Positions 50,408 to 64,000 of a DNA stretch of 64,000 nt are shown here, in pieces; position 1 is the stretch's first letter, and every line of letters begins with the position of its first letter. A program made the translations under genes and the position numbers. Location of the stretch: positions 992,001 to 1,056,000 of the forward strand of contig BQFW01000014.1 of assembly GCA_020891255.1 (NCBI GenBank). The letters run 5' to 3'. The notes beneath the pieces are model-generated. The model did not search any database. It had not been told where the DNA came from and saw only the letters and a program-made list of their open reading frames with translations. This stretch comes from Entomortierella parvispora E1425. Lineage: Eukaryota; Fungi; Mortierellomycota.

Positions 50408-52393
50408 AACGGAGCAAATTCGAGCCACCCAGTGAGTTTTTTTTGAATCTTAGAAAAGGAAGGGGGGGAACAACCAAGGGAAGAAGGGCAGGGGTATAAG
50501 GAGGGGGGTACAGGTTTAGTCGGAAGAGGAGGGACTGAGAGGGACTGAGAGGGTTGTACACCGAACAGAAGCAAAACATAAAAAAGAGAACAGGAGCGAG
50601 AGTGGGGGTGGCCGTGCCTCTTTATACGCTGTTGAAGTGTTGCAGTTCAATGGGTGCACAAACATAAAACGCGGGTGGACCTGTGCACATGTTGATCATT
50701 GGCAACAACATCAAAGTGAAAGTGGTTCTGGCTATTGCACAGATGCAATGAGGCTGTCCGATCGTTCGCGTGAGGTTCCACGCTGCAACAACTGAAAAAA
50801 TAACTCGTGGGCGGGACAATGAGCCCTTTCCCCCCACCAAGGAGTTGACTGGTGCCATCCGTTTCTACAGTGATGATCGTCTTAAAAATAGTGGTTGCTG
50901 GCAGAAATGATGAAAGGAAGCCAAAGAGGCGAAGGGTCGAAGAGGCAGAGGAGTAAACAGGCAACTTGATCTTGTACTCCGCCCCTTCCCGCCCATATTT
51001 GTCACCGAAGGAGGACACCTACGTTGGCGTGCCTGAGTTTAGCCTTCTGCAACTCCCATTTGTTATGGGTCCTATTGTGGTTGAGGAGTGTATGTCTGGT
51101 AGAGTATCCATCATCAGAGTTGAACCAGCGACAGTGAGCAACGGACCTGGACTGACTTTTTGATCTGGTCCTTGGGAAAAAGGAACGGAACAGGGGACCG
51201 CACGGACGCCAGGGCGACATTAAGCTTTGACCCCTTATTCGGAAGAAAATCTCAACAGTTTTGCACAGGGTCAGTTGGACCAACGCTCTTGTTTCCAACC
51301 ACCCCTGCCTTTAGTTCTGCCCTTTGATCGAACAGGGATAAACAAACAAGAAGTAGCGGCGTTTGCCTTCGGCGATTTCTGCAGAGAAAAGTAAGAGGGC
51401 GTTGGAAAAAAAAAAAAAAACAGATGGGGGGTTCTAACTGTGATGTTGATCTACTCTTTGCTCTCAATTTTTTTATCCTTTGCCTTAGCCTTGCACAAAC
51501 AACATTTTGAGAGAGCCATTGTTCGATGTGGTGCTGACCACTATCGCGCAGCATTGTCAACATTCCAGCAGAGCAAAAAAAAAAAAGAAAAAAAAAGAGG
51601 CGACACTGGGGAAAGAGCCATTTTGCTGGTCTGTTCAGTCCCGCGATTTGCTGTCCTTGCCACAACTATCCAGCTGTTCACGGTGACCCGCCCTCTCCTC
51701 TCGACTTTCGTGAAGGTTTTCCCAGAGAATTTGCCAACTGGACATGTCGAAACAGGTTTCCATTTTATTTTATTGGAGCGCTTTGACCATTTCTGGACAA
51801 ATTGAATTTTTGACGCGGGAGATGCAACTAGGCATCTCTTTGTGCCGGTCGTTTAAATGCCATTCCCAAAGGCGATGATTGCCTCTGCTTTGAAGCATGA
51901 TGTAAGGAGAGCTATCTGTTTGCCTTGTAATCGAGAGTCAGTTTGGCAACTCATTTGTGCCTGAAAAAACAACTACAGTCATACAGTATCGGGATCGGCA
52001 TTTTTTTTTACGTACTAGACATATCCGTGCCCACTGACGGAACAACATGATGATGCAGGGTAGGAGAAAGTTCTGGTCCGAGAATGGATACAAGGGTGCA
52101 GGTGCCCCATTATTAGTAAGATGTACACAGTTCATTTGTTCTCCTCAATGGCATCGCCACCCTGATCTAGCCCCCTTCATTACACGTCAGGAGGTCATTA
52201 TTAGATATAGTAGTATGGCGGCTTGGCAATGGCATATCTGGTATACGCGCCTACCATGCATGGACCCTCCGCGGATATAAAGAAGAGCTGGGTAGCAAGC
52301 ATCCTTTCAGAACAATGGTCGTGGTCGTAGTATGTTTTGGTATGATGATTAATGGCACTTCGCCATATTATATATTTTTTTTTTTTCAAAGTT

Positions 52394-53993
52394 CTACTTT
52401 TTCCTGTCCAAGACCTTCTCGGTCAATTGAATCAATGCCGTCTTTGCCAAAGAATCTGGCAATCCATCCAATGCAGATATGGCCTTTTGGCAGTGACTTT
52501 GAGCCAACATCCGTGTCTGGGCCAATCCCTGACTCTTCAACACCAATTCCCAAGCCAGTTCAACATCTCCCTCCTGGTCAAAGTTTCTCTTGATGAGCTT
52601 GCCCAGTTCTGGGTATTCCTCCCAAGCAAACAGAACTGGGGCGGTGGCCAATCCCAACTTTAAATCCGCTCCCGCAGGTTTGCCAAACTCATCTGAGGAC
52701 ACAGTAAAGTCCAACATGTCGTCCACGAGCTAGAGATACAGTCAAAGTCAAAGTCAAAAAAAAATCGTTAGAGGTTACACAATCAGCACGATAAAGCAAA
52801 CAACGCAAAGGGTGCAAGGTTACCTGGAATGCAAGACCAATGTTCTTGCCGTAGGTGTAGGCAATATCGCAGACCTCATCCGTGGCTCCACCGAGAACGG
52901 CAGAGGACCGACAACTCTTGGAGATCAAACTGGCGGTCTTCATATAGGTCTTCTCCATGTAGTACTCAAAGGTCGTCATGTTGCCGTTGCGGTTCTTTCC
53001 ATTCTCCACCTGTCCGTTGCGAAGTTGCATGAATTCCCCCTCAACCAAGTTGGCAATCACAGTAGAGATCAGCTCTGTGACCTCATGGTTACGAAGTCTA
53101 GCCAAGGCAATGGAGGCTCGAGCCAAGAGGAAATCGCCTCCCAAGACTGCCATCTTGTTACCAAAGCTCTCATTGGCAGAGAGTAGGTTTCTACGCTTAT
53201 CCGCCAGATCAATCACATCATCATGCAACAGCGAGGCGGTATGGATCATTTCGACAATCTCACCGAGGCGACGCTGAGATGGCAAAATGACAGTCTGGTC
53301 CGCCTCGTTGATTCTGGGCAAATAGATGGAGTTAACGTTGCTGGTGTTGTTGCCAGTGGTTGAAGCAGATGCCTCCTCGCCATTGTTGTCAAGCGTAGGG
53401 ATGTAAAAGTTGCTGAGCTCAGAGATGGGCGTGTCAATTTCCTCGTATGAGTCCTTGACTTTGACATGAACCTTCTTCGGAGCGAGCGAAGTTGCCTGGG
53501 CGATCAGGAGGATGATAAGAGGTCGGATATGTTTTCCGTCAGCTGAAAAGTAGTACTTGCTGACAGTGTCCAGCATAGGGTGCCCACTGCCCAACAGGTT
53601 CCGGATGTTGTTCTTGAGATCCTTGAGATCATCGCCCACAAGCTGCTTGGTGTCTACAACGGGTCCGCCTTTCTTTTCCACGACGAGGGTCTCCGCCTCC
53701 TTCAAAGCCTCATTCCAAGTGGTGGCCTTTCCAAAGTCTGTCGAGGGTGTAGAATAAGATCCTGCGGATGGTGAGAAGGTCGACTTTACGGCGTTGGCCA
53801 TGCGAGTAAAGACTGTAGGCGACGATTGTGAGGTCTCAGTCTCCTTAGTCTGCGCATTGACGGAAGAGTAGTGACGGGCGAAGCCGGTATGTGCGGCGCG
53901 GGGCACCATGGGCTGTGCAAGAAGTGTCCGTGAAATGCGGGATGTATAACGGCCAGCGATCAAAGCTGGCCTTGAGGCAGAAATCGAGGCCAT
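52394..53993 (-). CDS. COQ1: Trans-polyprenyl (hexa/deca-prenyl) diphosphate synthase Coq1
   Basis: GKHIRP, EMIHTASLLHDDVID (FARM), KTYMKTASL, FQ|LVDDMLDF (SARM). Mitochondrial presequence-like N-terminus and one intron. Confidence 0.95.
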
Positions 53994-54478
53994 GGCAGGT
54001 TTGTATATCTAGGACCACGCAAATAGAGCAAGTTAGTTACCAGAGGCCGCGGGACACTAGTTGCTTCACCATGGTGGCCTTTCGATTCACTGTTGCGCGT
54101 TAAATGAAAAGCGTAGGCCTGTGATCCTTACCAGAGAGGACAGTAAAGCTGATATTGAAGGCTCAAGGTGAGGCCAGGGATGTGCTGTAGGGCGGGAAGC
54201 TGTTTTGGGTTTTGGGTTGATCAGCAAGGGACCTGAATGAGCCAAGAGCTGAAAGAAAGCGTGGCGTCAAGACGATCAGGGGGGAGCGATTCCAGCAGAG
54301 ACCTGTTGAAGGAGAGCGCCTGTGTTCACAAGGGAACAGTGGAGAGGAAAGGGCGGAAGGAGGGGGGACGACGTGAATGACCACGGAAGGAATGGGAGTC
54401 GGTAAGAGAAAAGATCTGTTTGTCAAAGGCTGGTGCCGACACTTCCGTGCAGGTCGAACTTCGAAGAAGTCCTGTCAC

Positions 54479-54503
54479 GATCACATGACCTGTGGTCACG
54501 TGT
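54479..54503. promoter_or_regulatory. Paired E-box-like motifs (TCACATGAC, GTCACGTG) in the COQ1/EMC5 divergent promoter
   Basis: GATCACATGACC at 54479-54490 and CACGTG at 54497-54502, about 85-105 bp upstream of the EMC5 ATG. Confidence 0.35.
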
Positions 54504-54586
54504 AGACTACTGCTGCTGCTCTTGATGCTCCATCATCACTTCTCTCATCACTCGCATCTACTCTTCGACAACACATACACTTCGCC

Positions 54587-55304
54587 ATGGCAGTTCAACA
54601 AGCACCAAGCCAGCTCGGCCGGATTATCTGTCTTTTTGGATTCCTCCTGTTGTTCCATTCTGGATACTCGACCTTCGAACGTAAGGCGCGCGGACTGATG
54701 TGTCTCCTCTGTTTCCAAGCAAGGTTGTTCCGTTCCCTCAGGTCTTGAACGTGGTATCTAACGTGTCATCTCCTTCATCCTTTATTGCTTTGTCTACAAT
54801 AGACCTCTCATATCTCAAGGCAGTAGATGGGCATGAGGCTGGATTGCCACTTGATGTAAATTGATCTTCATTTGGGAGCCATGGATATTCAGGAACCACC
54901 CAAAAGGAGAAAAATTGCCGTCGGTATTCACCATATTTTTTTTTGGTTTTCTTTACTCACCTTTCCCATACAATAGATTACGATTGAACTGTTGATGTCC
55001 GTCGCACTCTTTGGCCTCGGTATTGTCTTGGTGGCAGATGACTTCAAGGAGATTCTTATGGAGACAGAGATGGCAAAGCAGTAAGATGTCTAATTCGATT
55101 TGATTTGAAAGTCATTCTTGTGCATAGCATTGAGTAGTCTTGAACTCTTGCTGGTCTGGGAGAAAACACACCTGATAGCTCATTCGCCCCTTCCATTCAT
55201 TTATTCTTGATAGATCCATCGAGTCATTGGATGCACGCCCATCGTTTTACTCTTTCAACCATCGCGGTCGGGCAGTGTTCAGGAATGTCGTTCTCAAGGA
55301 TTAA
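54587..55304 (+). CDS. EMC5: ER membrane complex subunit 5 / MMGT1 (4 short exons, absent from the ORF track)
   Basis: Spliced MAVQQAPSQLGRIICLFGFLLLFHSGYSTFEH|LSYLK...GLPLD|ITIELLMSVALFGLGIVLVADDFKEILMETEMAKQ|SIESLDARPSFYSFNHRG...*. Contains the family motifs HSxYS, LPLDI and RPSFxxFNHRG. Confidence 0.92.
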
Positions 55305-55551
55305 AAAGACGATCGTATGAGTACAGGAGAAGACTTGTAGAAATAAAACATCGATATAGAAATTCATAATTTCGGATATTTAGCAGTTATCCTTTGAGGT
55401 GTATGACTTGCAGGAACATGTGTGGAATTGGTTGGGATATATTATATTATTATAAGCAGTGGTACTGTACAGGTAGAGTATTTTACATGAGAGGGCAGGA
55501 AAGAGAGAAGGTGACCTCTAGTTGTCCTACACATTGCTAACTTGGGGTTGA

Positions 55552-58415
55552 TCAGGATCGAAGCGTATTGGTGCTGGATCGGGTCGGGGACAACGCCAGG
55601 GCTTCTAAGAGTGTGTGTGGATCACCTGCGCTATGGTAAGGGGATTCGATCTCCTTCATTTCCGGACCTGTTGAATCAATGGCAGTGAGATCAAGGGATG
55701 CGGTGCCTGAAGAGTAATGAGCCGGAGAAGGCGGCCAGAGGCTACTGGAGCGGACTCCTGCACCAAATGTGTGATGGGTCGCTGGCCGATGAAGGTCATA
55801 GAGATACGAATCACTACGAGGACGGGTCGGTCGTGAAGGCGGCATGTACATGGCAGGTGGTCTTGAGACCGAGGATGTATCTGGGCCCAAAGAATAGACT
55901 TCAGGTAACTGAGGAGGGCCTTGATGGACATGGTACAGAATCGAAAAAATAAAGTACGCAAAGATCGTAGGCGTACCAGGGTCTAAATTGAAGCAGACGC
56001 AAAAGAAGATGTTCCAAACAATATGTTCATGGATCATGGGCCGTGCAATTCCATAGATCAGGTAGATCGTAATATAGAAGCACAGCATGAGAGTGCCAGC
56101 GTTACGGATACTAATGAGCTGTTTGTTGATAAGAGAAGAAAGGTCAGATATCGGATGGTTTTTTTCGAGGTCAATTTGACCACGTCAAATGATAAACGGC
56201 AACTTACACGTAGGCGAACTTTTGCGAGACTGGTATCCCAGATCTGTTCTTCCTTTTCGCTTTCGGGTAGTGGACTCAGAGTAAAAGTCTGGCCACCAGA
56301 GCCATCCAGTGCTGCGGGCGTCACACCCACATGAACTAGGGTCATGTTAGAAGGAACGGTGTACTCAGCAATGGCTTTTGCCAGTTGGTCCAGCGTTAAC
56401 CAAAAGATTATCATGGCCACTGAGATCACGACTGCAAGAGTGATAAAGTGTGTTGCAATCGAGATGTTGGTCTTTGTATACTGCCGACGACTGAGGAACG
56501 TGCCAGAGCTGATAACGCTAGGCAGGTCCAGCAGAAAAGGGCCAAAGAGCAAGTACGCGAAGACAGAGTTCATTACTTGAGGTCTCGGAACCCGGATCTT
56601 CATGTTATCGCCAGGTACAGACTATAGTATTGAGCAACGCGAGACTCACGTCAGAAACTAAGCCCAACAAAGAGATGAGGAGGAGGGCAAAACAAGTTTA
56701 TCCAATGCTTACCAGTTTTGGAGTAGCATACCAAACCCCGATGACGAAGCAGGCCCAACATGGAAAACTGCAGCACACCGCTATTTCAGACTAGTAGGAG
56801 ATAAGAGGTACAGAGGAGGATCAGCTTTCAATTGCTTGTATGTTGCAGGGGTACATCGTCGGCCATTGATACTAAAGAGCTTCTTCAAATGACTTACGAT
56901 CAGCTCTTGGACTATAGTCGAGTTTGGGAAAGCGTCGATGATGACGAGAAAGATGGAGAGAGAGCGCACTACCAAGCGACAGAGAAGAACGAAAATGAAG
57001 AGTGATGAGATGAGACATTAAAGATGGTTAGGTTTTCTCTCCTGTGAAGATTGAACGTTGTCAAAAAAGAAGTGCAAAGAATAAAAGGCCAGGCGAGGTA
57101 GCCAAGTAAACAGGTAACTGGGAGATAGCTGTAGTAAGAAAGCATCCGAGGCCCCCACCCCAACCCTGGTTACGCGGGGGATCTCTACAGGCATGTGGTG
57201 CAGACACACTCAGTCTCAGTATCGGTTGCAGATCTGCCGATTGTGCTTTGTCCCCCACGTTCCGCGACTCTCTGACCACTTTCTCCGGAGTCTGGTACCT
57301 AAGTTCTCTCGTGTTTGACTCTGAAGATCCTCGCTGCTGTCACTACTTTGACAACCCAAACTTCTCAGGAACATCCTCTCTTGTCCTTATTCCCGGGTCT
57401 TTGGTTCAGTGGAAACTTCCAGCTTCTTAGAGTATGATCGTCGTCTGACCATCCCATACACTGTTCCGGATGAATATGGGTGAAATCAACGATGGCAGTT
57501 AGTAGAGGTACTCTTGAGTTACCTACCAACGGGAATCTTGGTCCCAGCTGAGAGCGATGCTCAACCAGAAAGAAAACGTGGCTGTTGTCCTTGTGCAACC
57601 CAACTCGCCCTCTCCCACTTCCCAAAGTGCTCACCCCCCCACCCCAGTTGTGCAGTGGACAAAGATCCTTCTTGAGAAAAAAAAAGTTGCTGCGAGCACC
57701 TTGAATTTCAATCACAGCAACAGACCAAAAAAAAAAGTAGTACGTCGGGAGGACGTCAGGCGACAGTTTAGATGTTGCCTTTCCTCTCTCTGGGATTTGA
57801 AAGAAATCCCTCTTTCCACTTTTTCTACATCTGGCGGGGGGCCATCTCCCACGTTCCGAACTGCAAAGCAGGGGCAGGGGCTGCTGGAGGAGACCGAACC
57901 CAACTGGTCTCTTTTTTTTCTTTCTTGTTGATAATTTGCCGCACAAACCCCGCTCGCCCCATTCAACGCTCGACCCTTGATAAATTATGAGAATTGTAAA
58001 AAAGATAAAAAGAAGGTGCAGCCAGTCATCGTGGCACAGGAGGAGGATGACGATCATGGTTCATCGACAATGGATTCCTGTGCAAACAGGAAAAAACGAG
58101 GTTTTGGAGAGTAGGTGGATTCAGGAGGATGTTGCACTTACCGAGCAAGCCTGCAATTGAGAGGACACAAAAGGACTCGATTGGTTTTGGGCGAATGCCT
58201 CCATCTGGGTGGTGAAAATCGATGGTGGGGCCGGAAGGTGTGAGGTTATATCGTTTTCTAGCACAAAGAATCCCGTAGCCAACAACAGCCAAAACCAAGT
58301 AGCAGCAAACGCACATGATCAAGACTGCCTGGACAATGGTCCGTTCACGGCCATCGCCACAGGAGGTGATGTCCACGCGCCAATCGCATTCGACTGGTCC
58401 GTCGGCCACATCCAT
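55552..58415 (-). CDS. Hypothetical multi-pass membrane protein
   Basis: ATG 58415 and several hydrophobic helices over the exons (58415-58143, from 56963, ORF 56058..56603, ORF 55552..56088). The first intron is about 1.18 kb. Confidence 0.7.
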
Positions 58416-59802
58416 ATAAAAGTATTGAAGAGACCGAGGAGCGAAGTAGATGTGTTGTCGAGGGTGCTATTGAGGCTGGGCGGTGAGAGCTGAGGGTGCC
58501 GGGAAGGGTGTGGTCGAAGTGTAGAGGAGGAAGGGGTAATCAAGGTGTGTGTCGCGGTGAGGCAGAGAGTCGAGAGTTGCCGAAGGTGGGAATATTTTGG
58601 AGTTGGATCCAAAAGTGAAGACGAAAGGAAGGAAAGGGGTGATAGATCGTCTTTCCTCTGTCGTTCTGTCGCTGATGAATCTTGTTGAAAGATGGATCAG
58701 CCAAAAGGGATAAAAAAAGAGCGCGAGAGTCGAAGTGGGGTGTCGCACACGCAGTCGATGATGCTATTTCAGTGAGCCAGCCACAGAAAAAGACGCTTTT
58801 TGTGCAAGGATCGGTCTGCGCTCAGTAATAGTGACGGGGTTACTCCAAGCGATCGAAGGAAGCGGGCGGGTAAATGCGCTGAGGTGCACAGTCAAATACA
58901 GTGGTGGTCGTGGACAGTCAATCCCCTGTTGGGCTAAACTTCAGGTTGGTGGAAGGAGTGGGTCGTGAGAAAGAAGACAGGGAGGGAACGGGAAACGGTT
59001 GGATTGAAAAGAAGAGAAAGGGGCAAGGAAGAAAGGGAGGAGTTGATCGCTCAAAAGCGAGATGGGAGTGGTGCTTCAGAGGGGAACAGTGGAGAAAAGA
59101 GGCCAGAAAAGTCCGAGGTGTGCGCCATTATTGCACCGGGGCCGAGCGAGGGAACGAGCGAACCAGGGAGAGGAGAGGGACAGACAGGTACACGAATGAG
59201 TGCACAGGAACCACGAAGGAAGTCAAGGAAGCAAGAAAAGAATCCACAGAAGGCCGATTGAATCAAATTGCTGGCAACCTTTTTTTTTCTTTTTGATTGA
59301 ATTCTTGATCTTTTAGACTATTAAGTACAGTATGTACAGAGGCCGGCCAGAATCATATAAGGGCGATGATGGTCCACTGCAGGGGGAGATACATGAGCAG
59401 ACAGTCAGACACGCACTCACTGGCCGCCCCTGGTGCCCGTGTCCTGATGGACTCTTCAGATGGGCCCGACCGAGGCCCCTTTGAGTGCCTTCGGCTATTT
59501 TTGCCCTGGCTGTTGAAAAGAGCCTCTTTCCATAATTGAACAAGGTCATTTTTGCAGGGCAGGGCAGGGACGAGGAGCACTGTCCATCTGATCAGCCATT
59601 TTTTTTTTTTTTTTTTTTTTTTTTGTTCGCGCATCCTCTTCCATCATCATCCCTGGGACCGCATCCGTCCTCCGACAGTGCTCTACACCGGATCAGACAG
59701 ACCAGTAACCAACACTTTAACTGAAGTTGTGTCGTGTTCAGTGATAATTATCATTCAGCACGCACCCCTGGCATCCTCTGCGAGTTGCCACCAGTCAATA
59801 CC

Positions 59803-61867
59803 ATGCCACGTAGACAGTTCAAGCGCCTGCAGGATGAACCCGAGGACATTGACACGGCGGTTGATCACATCGAGATGACCGAGCCCAACAGTCATCATCA
59901 CAATAATGCAGTATCGCCATCCTCAGAGAGAGCAAGCTCATCATCATCCAGACCCGCGCAAGAGACACAGCCAAGGAGATCAATGCATCAAGTCGACCTG
60001 GACCTGGAATGGCCCATGATTGACATCCCTCAGGAGCTACGGGAGATGAATGTTGACCAGGATGATTCGAACACTCGGTCGAACTCGCAGGCTAATGCCA
60101 TTCGGGTATGTTAATCAGGATCTTGTTTGATGACAGCAATGATTTTTTGAACTTCGTATCTTTTCGTGCCATGTTTCTTACCAACCGTGTGTCGATTTAT
60201 TGTATCTCAGAATCCTTTCAAGAGGAAGCTTTTTCTGCTTCTGGAGGATCCGTCTTCCAGCAACGCTGCGTTTGCACTCAATGTCTGGGTCTCGTTTGCC
60301 ATTGTCCTCAGTGCAGTGATCACCACCATCGAAACGATCCCCTCCTTCCGCTCCACGGACTCTATTATCTGGTACAAAACCTGTTGTCTTGGAATGGACT
60401 TTTTGCCCTGCATTTGGAGGTCGCACTGTGAGAGCCTGCTTGTTTCGATCCTTGCATCCTTATCGCTCTCCTTGGTTTCGTTTTCTAGGTTCGACTTTGA
60501 GACAGTCATGGTCGCGTTCTTCACCATCGAGTTTATTGCGCGTGTAATTTGTCATTCGGACTCTATGAAGCAGCTTAAAAAGTTCTTGCTCTGTAAGTGG
60601 CTCTGCTGGGCAAACTCTCATGCCGGCGTGGACCTGTTCAAAGTTGGAGCACTAACCAGTTTTATCTCCATGCTTCTATGTGATAGCTCCTCTGGCTTTG
60701 ATCGACATCCTTTCCATCCTTCCGTACTATATTGAACTGGCGCTCACAAGAGACACGGTATGCTTGTTTGGACACGGAACATCTTTGTGGCCCTTCCGGA
60801 AAGAAATGGTCACGAGATCATGTTGATCCGAATGCTAAACGACGAAGTTTTTGTTTTTTTTGATCCGATCGTTAGACGGTGTTCTTCCGTTTCACCATCC
60901 TGAGGTTGTTTCGCCTACTGAGAGTATTTAGAACATTTAAATATTCTTCGACAATTATCATGACGATCGAAGTCATGATTGTCGCTATCAAGAGGAGTAT
61001 GGATGCATTGAGTGCACTGTTCTTCTTCTTGATTACCGGAACCATGCTTTTCTCTACCCTTCTTTACTTCGCAGAAAGAGGTAAATATCTTCACAATGTC
61101 GATACTGTGGGGAGGGGGGATATTTTGTCTACATTGGCGTCTGGAGACAAAAATGTGCGAAATTAATGGAAAAACTAACGTGCAACCCTTTACCTTGCTA
61201 GGCGAATGGGACGAGGATAGACAAAAATTTATTGATGCCAACAACAACCCTAGTACCTTCGACAGCATCCCAGCCGCGTTTTGGTTTGTGATGGTGACTA
61301 TTACTACCACAGGATACGGAGACATGGTTCCTACAACGTTTGTGGGGAAGCTGATCTCGTTCCCTGCCATGATGTGTGGAGTCCTTTTGATCACGCTGCC
61401 ATCCATCATCATTGGTCGGAACTTCACTCTGGTCTGGGAGGCAATGCAGCGGTATAAGCGTCAAGTGGCTGCCAATATGCGCGAGACAAGTGCTGTCTCG
61501 AACGATGGTAAGAGTTTTTTTTTTCTCGATCGCTCATTTTTATTTTGAACAAAGTGTTTTCTCGATCGAAGAAAAGAGTATGTTTCGAGTCTATTCACAT
61601 TTTCCTCTCCAAACTTTTGTAGCTGATTCAAGAGAAAGTTTCGAAAGCGAGCATTCTTACGATTCAGCGACAACTAGACCAGGATACGCGTCCTTGGGAT
61701 CCGACAGTATCCTGCCAGGTCAGCAGGAGATGCTGGATCGTATCCAGACAATGACCCAGGTTTTGAAGCAGAACCAGCAAACCATGGATGCACTGCAAAA
61801 AATCCTGGAGACGCATCAGCTCGTCCCCAAGAAATCTCCCTTTGAGGACCCCGTTCGTCTTTCATAA
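59803..61867 (+). CDS. Voltage-gated (6TM, Kv/Shaker-like) potassium channel
   Basis: S4 FRFTILRLFRLLRVFRTFKY, pore SIPAAFWFVMVTITTTGYGDMVP (TxGYG filter), S6 GVLLITLPSIIIGRNF. Confidence 0.92.
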
Positions 61868-62549
61868 TCTCTGATAATCTGCAATTGCAATTACTGGGCA
61901 GTTGACAAAGGTCCCCCTTTCGCAATTCTATACCACTTTTCACTCTCATTTCATTCTCCCTTGTTCGTGCGTTCTGTCTTTTTCCTTCTATATTTCTATC
62001 TTAGTTTGTTGTCTATTGTATTTCTTTTGTTGTTCTTCTTCATGCTTGCTATAGACCAAATAATAGTATCCTTTCCTTGATGCAAAGTTCTGCTATGGGA
62101 TGCTGTCAGTGGGCGGAAATGATGATGACGATGCAGGGTATAAATATTGCTTAGAGTTTCGGGTGAAGGTTCTGTGCCCTGTGGAGGAATGAAACGGAGA
62201 AAAAGAGAGGGAAGGAGAGAAAGTTAGTAGTGCCATCCACCAAATGTTTCTCTTGGTATCCTTCTGCCGTGGCCCACCCTGCATGAGGCTTCTCTCTGTA
62301 GGGTTCTTTTTTGTTATTTATTACAAAATCATCCACACCAATCGACTTGATGATTCGATAGGAGAAAATGACCTTATGGATCTGAAAGGTATGAAAATGG
62401 AGAACCCATCCCGCAGACATTTACAGACCCCAACTCTTTTTTTGTAGTGGAAAAGTGTACGTTGGAACAACAAGAGGGATGAGAGAAAGAAAAAAAAAGT
62501 GGGAAAAAATACACTGAAGGGAAGAGGAGAAAAAAAAACAATCAGATAT

Positions 62550-63941
62550 TTACACCCTGTTGACGTAGAACCACTTGTCGATGGAGCCGTCGATGGGAGC
62601 AGCAGGCTGGCGAGAGTCGGCAGGAACGCTGGTGACAATGGGGTTCTGGGCATCAACATGGCCAATGCTGTTGGCAACAGTGACGTTGCTCCTGTTGGTT
62701 TCAAGACAAAAAAACAAAGTTAGAACATCATCATATTTTTATCTCTCTTGACCTTACAAAACAGGACAGAAAAACCAAGCAGATGGATGATCAATTGTAG
62801 CTTACACTTTGACTTCTGAGGGGGTCTTGCCAGACATCAAACGGGTCCAGGCCTCGTGAGTGTCCTTGACAACCTGGAGGGCGTAGTCTCTGTTCTTGGC
62901 AGCGCCATCGAAAGCAAACTGGTTCTCGGGCTTGCCATCGGGGATCTTGTAGATGCGGAACCAGTCACGGGTGGCATCAATGAATCCGGGCATGTTCTTC
63001 TCAATATCCTCAATGTCGTTCAACTTCTCGGCCAAAGGATCGTTGACATCGATAGCAAGAAGCTTCCAGTCAGTCTCACCTAGATAAAATGAACAGGCAA
63101 AAAAGTTGCCCCACCAGGAGTATTGTTAAGATTTCATCATATGAGCGTGGATGTGTGTTCATTGTCATATCTAAATTTGTCATTTTTTTTTACCTTCATC
63201 CAAGAGAGCCATAACACCAAGAACCTTGACCTGCTTGATCTGACCAGTGTAGCCAATGGCCTCACCAATCTCGCAGACATCAACGGGATCGTTATCACCC
63301 TTGGCGCCAGTGTCCTTGTCGACGTGAGTGGGGTCCTCCCAGGTCTAAAATATATCAAGAGTCGAATGTCACACGCGTTTAGTACTAACCCGACAAAAGT
63401 AATCCGCATCTTATCTGCAAATCCTTTGCTCTTTTTTTTTTTGCTGATCCGGATCTACACACACGACACAACCAAATCACCGCCACCTCCCGAGTGACAA
63501 AAAAGAATCCAGCCGTACCTGGGGAAGAGCACCATAGTTCCAGATGTAACCCTTGTGGGGGAAGGGGTTGCGGACGAAGCGGAGCTTGCCCTTCTTGACA
63601 TCCTGCTTGATGGGGTTCAACTCATCATCCTTGGAGATCTCGAGCTTAGCGTTGGACCAACGGGGAATCTCAACAATCATGTTGAAGACGTTGTTGGCCT
63701 TGTCAGCGTAGAGAGGAACGTCGTGGAAGGCGGAGACGGGGGTGCCCTCCTGGTTCTCTAAAAGTCGAGGTATCCGTCACCATCAAGCGGAAGGAAGGTG
63801 TTAGCAGAGAGGCACCAACGAAGGCGCGAAATACAGCTTTCATCAGAATGTTTGAAAACAAGACGTGGCCTTACGGAGGTAAACACGGTAGTCGAGGGTG
63901 TTGGGGGCACCGATGACACGGGTGGTGAATTGCTGGGACAT
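62550..63941 (-). CDS. IPP1: Soluble inorganic pyrophosphatase (family I)
   Basis: ATG 63941 ([21 protein letters not shown]), [65 protein letters not shown]. Stop at 62550. Confidence 0.97.
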
Positions 63942-64000
63942 GTTGAAGGCTGAGGAGTGGAGGGTGCGTGCACGGATTGGGGAGTGAAGGGATGCGGTGC

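Noticed and set aside
50600-52390. Several 60-140 aa ORFs between the chitinase and COQ1
   Set aside because: No coherent exon chain or similarity that I can recognise, and they are interrupted by homopolymer tracts. Treated as intergenic.

Overview
Gene-dense, intron-rich eukaryotic DNA from an early-diverging fungus, most likely Mortierellaceae (inferred from gene content and intron style). About 22 protein-coding genes can be supported: CDC48, an HROB-like OB-fold protein, LIP2, a long-chain acyl-CoA synthetase, M36 fungalysin, ATG18, NDC80, TRAX, a Hal/Hrk-type kinase, an OXR1/TLDc protein, a secreted GH19/lysozyme-like protein, endonuclease V, a DUF1748 protein, a GH18 chitinase, COQ1, EMC5, a Kv-type potassium channel, IPP1 and several hypothetical proteins. 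There are also two identical tRNA-Gln(CTG) genes. The standout is a ~6.1 kb spliced gene at 39385-45509(+). It joins an N-terminal FEN1/XPG-family (PIN + H3TH) structure-specific nuclease, with its acidic motifs apparently intact, to a C-terminal TnpB/Fanzor-type RuvC nuclease (D-E-D triad and CxxC...CxxC zinc finger) and a low-complexity tail carrying an NLS-like motif. I see no transposase or terminal inverted repeats, and the gene lies just upstream of a tRNA gene. Its middle needs three successive +1 frame changes (about 42560-42970), so this copy may be broken, mis-assembled or recoded. All family assignments come from motifs recognised by eye, with no database searches. Exon boundaries are manual predictions.
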